Shown here one piece after another: positions 1-64,000 of a stretch of DNA of 64,000 nt. Position 1 is the first letter of the stretch. Each line of letters opens with the position of its first letter. The notes beneath the pieces were generated by a model. That model saw nothing but the letters and a program-made list of their open reading frames with translations. It had not been told where the DNA came from and searched no databases. The translations under genes were made by a program, and so were the position numbers. The stretch is from Podarcis cretensis (Eukaryota). The DNA is taken from positions 137,702,001-137,766,000 of the forward strand of contig OX638149.1 in NCBI GenBank assembly GCA_951804945.1, written 5' to 3'.

Positions 1-1581
1 GCAAATGGTAGCTCTGGAAGGCACCTCTCTTTGGAGCAAGGGAGACCAGGGGAAGCAGCAGCAGTTGTCTGGAGGACTCCCAAGGAGAGGGGAGAGGAGA
101 GGGGGCTGAGGGAACCCTCCACAAGGGAGAAATTCAAAAAAGGGTGAGAGGCCGACAGCTCTGCAGGCAAGGGGTGACATAACTGGGCTCCTGAGCCCCA
201 CAGAGGTGCCACAGAAAGAATGTAGTTGGTCAAGGGAGCCAAGGACTCAAAAAGGTTGAAAACCTTCCCTAAAGAATCCTGGAAACTGTAACTTTGGGGA
301 ATTGTATCTCTGTGAGAGGTGACAGTTCCCAGGATGCTTTGGGGGAAGTCATATACTTTAAATGTATGATGCGATGTGACCCTAGAAAAGGATTCCTGGA
401 TCTCCTTTCCAATGGTGAGCCATTAACTCCAAATCTTAGCATTGTTTACAAATTTGTATGCAATAATAAATATTTGGGTGGTGAAGGATGTATAAACTAT
501 TTTTTGCCACAGATCTTCATAGGGTTGGGTTCTGGGGGTTTTTAACAGCATAACCCTATGCATATTTATTCACAGGTAAAGTCCACTATTCTGATCTGAG
601 TTCACACCATAGGAAGCTTATTTAGGACTACAGCCTTATTATATATTATTGTATGTTACCTTTCTATAAAATTATTCTAAGCACCCCTTAAATAGGACAA
701 AGTAGACATATTTTATGTGCCTTAGAATTATAATATTTAGTTTTGCCCCAGAGAAAGTGGTGCAAGTTAATAAAGTTGATGTGTTTGGCAACTAATGGCT
801 GGATTGCAGCTGGATTCAAGATTACCAGGCAGCAGAACTGACAAAACATCCTGAACCATTTCAACTCCCAAAATGTTCAAGTGCTACAGAAAAAAGTCAA
901 AGACTTTGTATATTAATCATTTTGTTCAAGTGGAACTGCCAGCATTTAATTCAACAGTAGCACCGCAATAGCTGGATCTCAAATGTCATCTGTACTGACA
1001 TCTGCTAGGGTCACTTGTGACACGGGATGAACTGTTTTTCTTCTGCTTCTTTTCTTGAAGCACAGGACTGGATTTTTGGCTGCCACTGAACAAGCAGAAC
1101 TCTGCTGGACTTCACTTCTGTTAAGTACATGGTAGTAGATAATTTCCTTTAACTGTTCTTAACCTAAGTATTAGCAAGCAATCCAGCTCCTGCTGAAATT
1201 GACTGGAGAAGTCCAATTACTTTTAAAGGTTCAGGATTCAGTCCTAGCTGAGTTTTAATTCCACATAGCTCACTAATCCACAAATAACTTAAGGCAAACT
1301 TATTTTAGCTCCATTGAGATCAGTAGGGCTATAGTGCCTTACATACAACTTGAGTATAATTGGGAGATGAAATCAGTTGTTTCAATAACTAAATTTTAGT
1401 TATTATTGCAACCCACTGTTAAATCAAAGATCAGCTTTTTAAAAGTATTTTGGATGTCACAGAAAAACTTAGATTTCATCAATACAAACTCCAATATGCT
1501 CCAACTGTAACTAATACCTTAAACATTATATGGAAGTTACAGTTACTAAGTTACAAAGGAAACTTGCTCTCAGATAGTACT

Positions 1582-1784
1582 CAGTGGCGGAGCTTCATGC
1601 TCTGGCACCAGGGGGCGGAGAGCAGGCTGGGGTGGGGCGGCGTGAGTCCTGGGGGCATGGCACACTGCCTGCAGGGGCGTGGTGCCCAGTGTGGTTGGTG
1701 GGGGACAGCCGTGATGGCACCCCACCGGGATCACGCTGCCAGGGGCGGGGCGGTCGCCCCCGCACTCCTCTTCCTCCGCCACTG
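1582..1784. mobile_element. GC-rich hAT-type MITE
   Basis: TIRs CAGTGGCGGAG...CTCCGCCACTG; 8-bp TSD ATAGTACT/CTAGTACT (7/8). Confidence 0.75.
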
Positions 1785-4700
1785 CTAGTACTGTTTTACA
1801 CTGCTGCTGCAAATCATTTGCAGGGGAGAATTTGACCAGAGGTTTCACATCAGGGTGTAGAAGAAAACAGTAAGTAACTGCAGCCACACTTTTCTGTAGC
1901 TGCAGGCAGATAAAAGGAAAACATGTTAAGAGCCACATTTGCATGTGGGGTGAAGTCCCAGGGGGGCATCCCCAGAGAATCTCATGCACTGTAAAAAAAA
2001 AATAAAAAAAATGGGGCTGCCCTGTTAAGCAAACATATATTTGCGTGTCGAGGCCCCATGACCACGCAGTTCCCTAGGGTTCAAATAACTTGACAACACA
2101 CAGAATATTGGTTTTGGGATCAAATAAGGCCACAAATTTATTGGTTACAGATGTGAAGGTTTGGCTATAGGCACTGGGGTAAGCAAATGTGTATATCACT
2201 CCAGCCCGTCTGCTGGTGGTGTCACTAAGGGTAAAGCAGTTGCAAGGGATGCCCTATGACCTGTGTCAAATCGGAGCAGCCCCCAAGTTGGAGGAGTGGT
2301 CTGGCCCCAGCCCCTTTCTGAGCACCGGACAGGAGCCACTCCTCCCAGGTACTTTTAACAGGATAAACTTTTACCTGTGGAGGGGCAGACAGAGGCTAAA
2401 CCTCCCCTCCAACCAAGACCTATGCTTACCCAGTGCCTTACAAAGTTGTGACGATTGCTATGAGGAAGGCAAAAACCAAATGGCTGGTGCCAGTCTGCCA
2501 GATGGGGAAAATTCCTGCCTGGCCCCAAAATATGGTGACCAACATCATCCATAGCAAGGTTGTACCATCTGCAACATCCATAATCTGAGGGAGTGTGGGT
2601 AGGAGAACTGGCACAGTGAAAAAAGAGGCTAAGATTCTGGCAAGCCCAGAATTTATCCTGGTCCTGGGTGCAGGGCCAAGTGCCACTATTGGGAGTGGTT
2701 TCATGCCCAGGGAACGCCCTCCAATTCCTGCCACCATTTGGTGGTGGGGGATGATCTGGCCTGCAGTATGCCAGTTCGCAAAGCTGCCCACCCAAGAAGG
2801 GATAAACAGATATAGCCTGCAGAGACATTAGCACTCTGCTGGTTGTGAGTGCTAGCAAGTCAGGAGTCTTTAAGGTTTAGTCAAGACATGCAAGAATTTT
2901 GACCATTAGAAGGCAAGCTCTAGAGAGGTAATGTAGTGAAGAAAGTAATAAATCAGGATATGTCCCTGGTTCAGTTCTCATCCCTGCCATGAACAGACTA
3001 GTTGGCCTTAAGCAGCAAGTCATTCATTCTGTTTCAACCTCTCAGTCTTAATGTTAGGACAATCATTCTGAATTCACTTGCAGAGTTGTGAGGATTACAC
3101 CAGGATAACGTACATGAAGCACTTTGAATAAGGAAACTGTTATATAAATGCTTGTTGCATCCCTCTCAGTACCAATACTACATAGTTCCAGCAAAACATT
3201 TAATCTGCATGCAATGCTAACTGCAAGGAACCCAGAGCTATTTCCCAAAAGGGCCAAGCTAAATTGAATTCCACCATAACATCTAGCACAACTTACTCCA
3301 TGGCCGAATGTCATTCCACTGTGTGTTTCCATGCCTCAGTTAAGCATTATTTGCAGTCACTGGTAGTGTACACTGTAATGATGTCAGGACATGAGGTAAG
3401 CTGTACTGGATATTACAGACCAGGAGGGGAAAACTTAACATGGAGCTGGTGCTGCGCCAACAGCCACCCCCCTTGTCTTCCTTGTAATGTTTAGTTTTGT
3501 CTTGAATTCAGAGTGGTGGTATAATGGCATTTGAGAGTTCTAGTACAACAGAGCTCTGGGAACACCAGAAAACCAAACATTTGCTTACATCAGTGTGTGG
3601 TGGCTGGCGTCCATTGGAACTGGAAGGGCAGAAGGCAGGGAGCCCAACGGTACGTGGAGCCAGAGCCAATGATTTTTGTCCTTATGCTTCTTTTTTGTTG
3701 AGTTCTACAAAACCTAACTTCCATTTGCCCTATGATTTCAAGTGATTTCAAATCACAGGTCTGAGTGGTCCCCACACACACTGCCCATCCTGTCACTTTC
3801 CCCATGAAAACCTGATGTTTACTTCTGAATATTCAGTATTCAGCCACTGCCAGGCACCAGAAATGCAAAGATTTCAGCTCCTGGCCTCACAGAGTTTCAC
3901 TTCCAGCTCACAACAGCGGCTCTTGCGAAACATCTGATAACTCCAGGCAGCACTGCTGGGTCTCAATGTGTCATGGGTAGAAATCCTGTTTTAGTGAGAT
4001 TTCCACATGACAGGGAGAAGAAGGAGATACCAGATAAATTGGTGATTGTACAATAATTGCACATTGCACAATGATTTCCTGTGCTTGTTCAGTTCAGACA
4101 TAAGGTTGCCCCTCCACTCTCAGGTTTAAAATTGTCTGCTGCCTGGTATTGAAGATAAGATAATTAGACAACCAATATTATGGGAATCACCACAAGGTTC
4201 TAGGCTTTTGAGTAACTAGATCAGTTGATAGATGGCCGTAGCACCGCTATCTATGTTCCTTTCCTTGTTGGGAGAGACCATTCACTGCTACGTGAAGTGG
4301 GGAAATGGTTGCCCGTGGGGTGTGATTGAAGAGGCAAAGGTGATGAGGCAGAAGCAAAGCAGATGCCCTTCGTCTACAAAGAGATATTATCTCTGAAGGA
4401 AAACCATAAGTGGGAGTTCACCCATACTCATTTGGCCCCAAATACTGCCTGGAATTGATGCAGCCTGAGTAGCTTAATCAATGGAACAAATTGTGCTCCC
4501 AGTCACCCACACATGTAATCCCAAGTAAATAAGACTGTCCACTGTGAGTAAGAGAGAAGAATTTATCTTACTGGCTGTGAGTTTTATTGGCAGACAATCC
4601 CATTGGGTAAGGCAAGTCAGGAGAATATCTTAAGCATGCTTGGGGTGGTTTCTAGAATAAACAAGGAATCTAAAAGGAAAATGACTTTTTTAAAAGAGTC

Positions 4701-7158
4701 CCTCTGACTGCCCTGTCTGAAGCACAAGAATTTGCAACCAGATGAAAAGGAGGGCATTTGACCCCATTAAGGGTCAGGAAATGTAACTAAAAGGTAGTTA
4801 AATGTTTGGGTTAAACATTACCATTAAGCAAAGATACAGAAGGTTACTTATTTTTAATCTCCATTGGCTTATTAAAATCCCAGTTGAAAACCAGAGCACA
4901 CACTACTGACTTTCTAAAACAGGGAGGAGAAAAATCTGATGTCTAGCAGCCCATAGCATTTCCCCACTTAATGCTTTTGGTGTGGTGTAAAGATTAATGG
5001 GATCTCCTTGACTTGACAGACCCAAGCCAAGATGGTCAAGCTTGTGAATATCAAAACATTACATTGGTTTTAAATCTAAGGACAATGAGCTAGCAGAATG
5101 TCAGCAGAAGAATGCAAAAGTCAGGTCACAGATGTGATTTTTAAAAGGCAAAGATTCGTTATTGTGAGTTGAACCCATACCTATGTGAAAAATGCAATTT
5201 AAGAATCAGATTATTAATCATCTCTAAAATAGTATTCACTGTGGAAGAGCTTTCCAATTCTAGTTTTGTCCATTGATTTCTCCATGAAATCTTTGCAGGA
5301 GACTAGACATTTGACAAAGTTCGCCCAGTGAGCATCACTGCTGGGCAGCCCATCATTTTATCCATGGCATCACCACATCCCTCTCACATGAGTGTGAGTG
5401 AAGTGAACTGCTGCGTGGCATGCACAAGGCAAGCTGAGAACTACGGTTCACCTCTGACTTTAGCCATGAACTCACTTGGTGGCCTTAGGCAACCCACTCT
5501 GTCTCAGCCAAGCCTCTCACAACAGGAAGATAACAATAGTGACCTGCCTTGCAAGCTGAATCCCTTTCTCTCCCTCTGACAGACATGTCTAATATGGACT
5601 TACCAATATTCATGAATGCTGTTTAAAGACTTTACCTGATATTATAATTTAATTATTTAGCTGTTTCAACATTATACCAGGAAAGAAATTGTGTTGCTGT
5701 TAACAATTAGTTTGCAGGAAAAGTTTTCCAAGCTTGCAATCCTAACCCCATTTAGCTGACAGTAAGCCTTATTAAATGGAACTGAAATTACTTCTGAAGT
5801 GACATTGTTAGGGTTGCAGTGCACATGTGGTATACATGTGCACACTGCAAGGTACACATGTAGAAAAATATCAAGCCATTTCATATCAGAAATTTCTCCA
5901 AAATGAATGGTTTTGTATATTAGGAAACATGTGAAAAACCAAGGGAAATTAAGATTAGCATCATGGGTTCTTTAGAAAATATTTCTATATTGCTAATCTC
6001 TATGCTTCCTTTTGGGGTAATTCATGGGTTCTGAACCTCCTAGCCATCTGGTATCCAAGCTGAAAGTCTGGTATATATACATGGCCAGATCAGTCTGCTG
6101 TTGACTGTATTTATGAATGGAGCTCCATTGTCTGCTAGCCAACCCTCCAGAATGCCCGTCCCCCCTCCCAATTCAGTTCTGGGAGAAAGTGGCTGCATGA
6201 ACAGACTGTAACATCACCTCTTCCTTTAGGGCTATGATCCACACATGCAGGTGTAGCGTCTGGTCGCCTTTCCACATGCCTTCCCATAAGGCACTTGACG
6301 TTCATATTCAGAGTTTGTAGATGCCACTAACCAAATGTTTTAAATAAATTGTATAAGCAGTATTTCTTTGTGTGGGTATATGTTCAACTATGCATCTTTT
6401 TACAGAAAATTTCACAACCAGACAGCAAGGGTTCCATTCCGCAAATGAATGTTTAATCCTGAATATGGATATGTGAGGTATTTCCAGTTCTGGATGATTT
6501 TACATGTCTACTTTTGAAGATATTTTGAAATTATTTTGAATTAGAGCACAGTTGGCAAAAACAACTGGAAATAATTGTGTTAGAACAAATACAATTTTGG
6601 AAAGGAGTCTGACAATTATTTTACAACCAAATCATGAGGTTCACTTCTCAGTCATTCCCTCACTGGCATGACTTGGGACAAACCACATTCGCAATTCTCT
6701 TATTTATTAGATAAAAATAAAAATGACGCAAGGATTGCATTGACAGAAGGCTTATGTCAAACTGAATGACATACTAGAGACTGTATCCAAATTTATAATT
6801 GATTAATTGCCACTCAAAGCAATGAATTATAAATGTGTCATATACATTGCTTGGTGGGAGCATTTTCAACAATATTGTCAAAGTAGTCAATGAAGTTCTG
6901 AAGTTGATCTGGTTTTGAGTTTATTATGAGAATGCAAAGTAACATGGAAAGAAACTTAAGGAGGTGTGCTGCTTGCTTCTCTATTGCTTTGTGGGCATTC
7001 TACCTGTGCAACTCATAAGCTTGAGATGAACTGGACCAGTAAAAGCTGCTGAGCTTTTTAAAGTTTCGCCCAAAGTTTGCTTTCATGCAAAATGTAGAAA
7101 AATAGAAAAGTTTTTGAGCTATTTTTATTGACATTCGTCAAAATCTACACTCCTGGCA

Positions 7159-7276
7159 TAGGTTGCCATACACCCACATTTTCACGGACATAAAAAACCC
7201 GATTCCCACCCAGACCCTGTTTCCGACGGCCGATTTCCGTCGGTGTCCGGGAAACCCCGGGCGCACGGCAACCCTA
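7159..7276. mobile_element. Short MITE with TAGG(G)TTGCC termini at the CpG-island edge
   Basis: Ends TAGGTTGCCATAC...GGCAACCCTA resemble the element at 10793-11006; no clear TSD. Confidence 0.55.
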
Positions 7277-7714
7277 ATTCGCAATGCTTGGGCGGGGGGC
7301 TGGGCTGGGGGGCTTCAGCGTCCGGAAGGCGCGTCTGGGGGAAGCCCCGCAAGCACAGGGTCTTGGGGCTCACCCCCGGCATCTCCCGATCCCCAACCCC
7401 GCCGAGCCACTGCTGCCAGCCCGTGTCCGCGGCCGATCCGCCCGCTCCCCTCCCGGAGAGGGCAAGGTGTGCGGGGGGGGGAAGGGGCCCTCGGGGGTCC
7501 GGCTCAGGTGCCACAATGTCTTGCTGTGTCCCGGTGCTTCGGGTTATGCTCTGCCCCCCCCCCACCTGGGCGGCTTTGATGCTGGAGATCCCTCGGGCGG
7601 GGCTGCAGGCGGCGATCTGGCGAGGGTGCCCCCCCCCGGCCCCCCAACTCGGCTCGCCCCTCGCCCCTCGCCCGCCAGCCGCGTCTTTTGTTCGCCCTGG
7701 AATGCAACTCCCCA

Positions 7715-7741
7715 CGACGTCACCCGCCGGCCCGGGCCAAT
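7715..7741 (+). promoter_or_regulatory. CRE-like element (CGACGTCA 7715-7722) plus CCAAT box (7737-7741)
   Basis: Sequence ...cccacgacgtcacccgccggcccgggccaatcagc... closely parallels the known mammalian FN1 CRE/CCAAT module. Confidence 0.85.
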
Positions 7742-7814
7742 CAGCGAGCGGCTGGCCCTTCCGAAGGGGTGTCCCGGCGGCTCCTCCTGGCGGGGTCTCC
7801 GGCGCCCGGAGCTC

Positions 7815-7822
7815 CATATAAG
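7815..7822 (+). promoter_or_regulatory. TATA box (CATATAAG)
   Basis: TATAA at 7817-7821, 150 nt upstream of the ATG, in a CCATATAAGCCC context like the mammalian FN1 promoter. Confidence 0.85.
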
Positions 7823-7966
7823 CCCGCCGGGAGCCAGCGCGCTGCCCTTCTCGCCAGCTGCAAGGAGCAAGAGGCAGGCAGAGCGCTCAGAGGGGCCACG
7901 GCAAGGAGCCCCCCCCCCACCGCGAAGGAAGAGGCGCTTTCTTTGAAGTCCGCTTTGCTGGCCAAG

Positions 7967-63669
<55,703 letters not shown>

Positions 63670-64000
63670 GTAAGAACAGTGCATACATAAAACTCAGAGA
63701 GGGACACCCAAGGGAAGGAAAAGTCCATAATCTAAGGCTGACTTACTAGCAAGCCAAAATGTTGGGTCACCACTGCACCTTCCCCATAGGCCAGCTTCTC
63801 TCTCTTGTGCTTTTTCAGAATGCACTAGCATGAACAGAAATAAAAAAAAATAAAAGCCTACAGGTCATAAGAAGCCTTGGCAGAATAACAATGTCTTCCT
63901 CAGTTACCAAAATGTTCCATGGAGTTCCACAAAGGGCTGAGATAACATGCTAAAATCAGAATTGTGTACATGACTGAGGCAAAACGTGGGCCCTGGAGAG

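Noticed and set aside
1-520. Possible truncated LTR-like remnant at the window start
   Set aside because: Composition is suggestive, but the left end is outside the window and no terminus or TSD can be verified.
2023-2576. Possible solo LTR (TGTT...AACA) and its ORFs
   Set aside because: No matching target-site duplication and no recognisable protein similarity.

Overview
Eukaryotic (vertebrate) genomic DNA, very probably from a squamate reptile and most likely a lacertid lizard, judged from Sauria/Squam1 SINEs, a Squam3-type SINE, a BovB LINE and a tRNA-Lys/CR1 SINE. The window holds about 7 kb of upstream sequence, a CpG-island promoter (CRE-CCAAT-TATA) and the first 31 exons of the fibronectin gene FN1 on the + strand. 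The ATG is at 7967. There are 5053 coding nt (1684 codons) in the window, running from the signal peptide through FnI 1-9, FnII 1-2, FnIII 1-7, the alternatively spliced EDB/EIIIB exon, FnIII 8-10 (synergy site and RGD) and the first half of FnIII-11. The gene continues past the window end. All 31 exons have GT-AG boundaries and compatible phases. The introns are full of SINEs, LINE fragments, MITEs and one solo LTR. There is no prokaryotic-type system or CRISPR array. The most interesting unexplained signals are: (1) a 50-bp intronic copy of exon 29 (RGD module) whose three differences are all synonymous, sitting in an open, phase-compatible frame; (2) two subfamily-matched inverted SINE pairs bracketing exons 13-17 and 13-20, a candidate circRNA/editing substrate with a stop-free circular frame; (3) a MITE whose core is four tandem palindromes, one of them a perfect 62-mer; (4) a cryptic exon-like segment in intron 8; (5) divergent synergy-site and EDB sequences. 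All functional readings of these are hypotheses. Comparisons with human sequences and repeat-family names are from memory, not from database searches.
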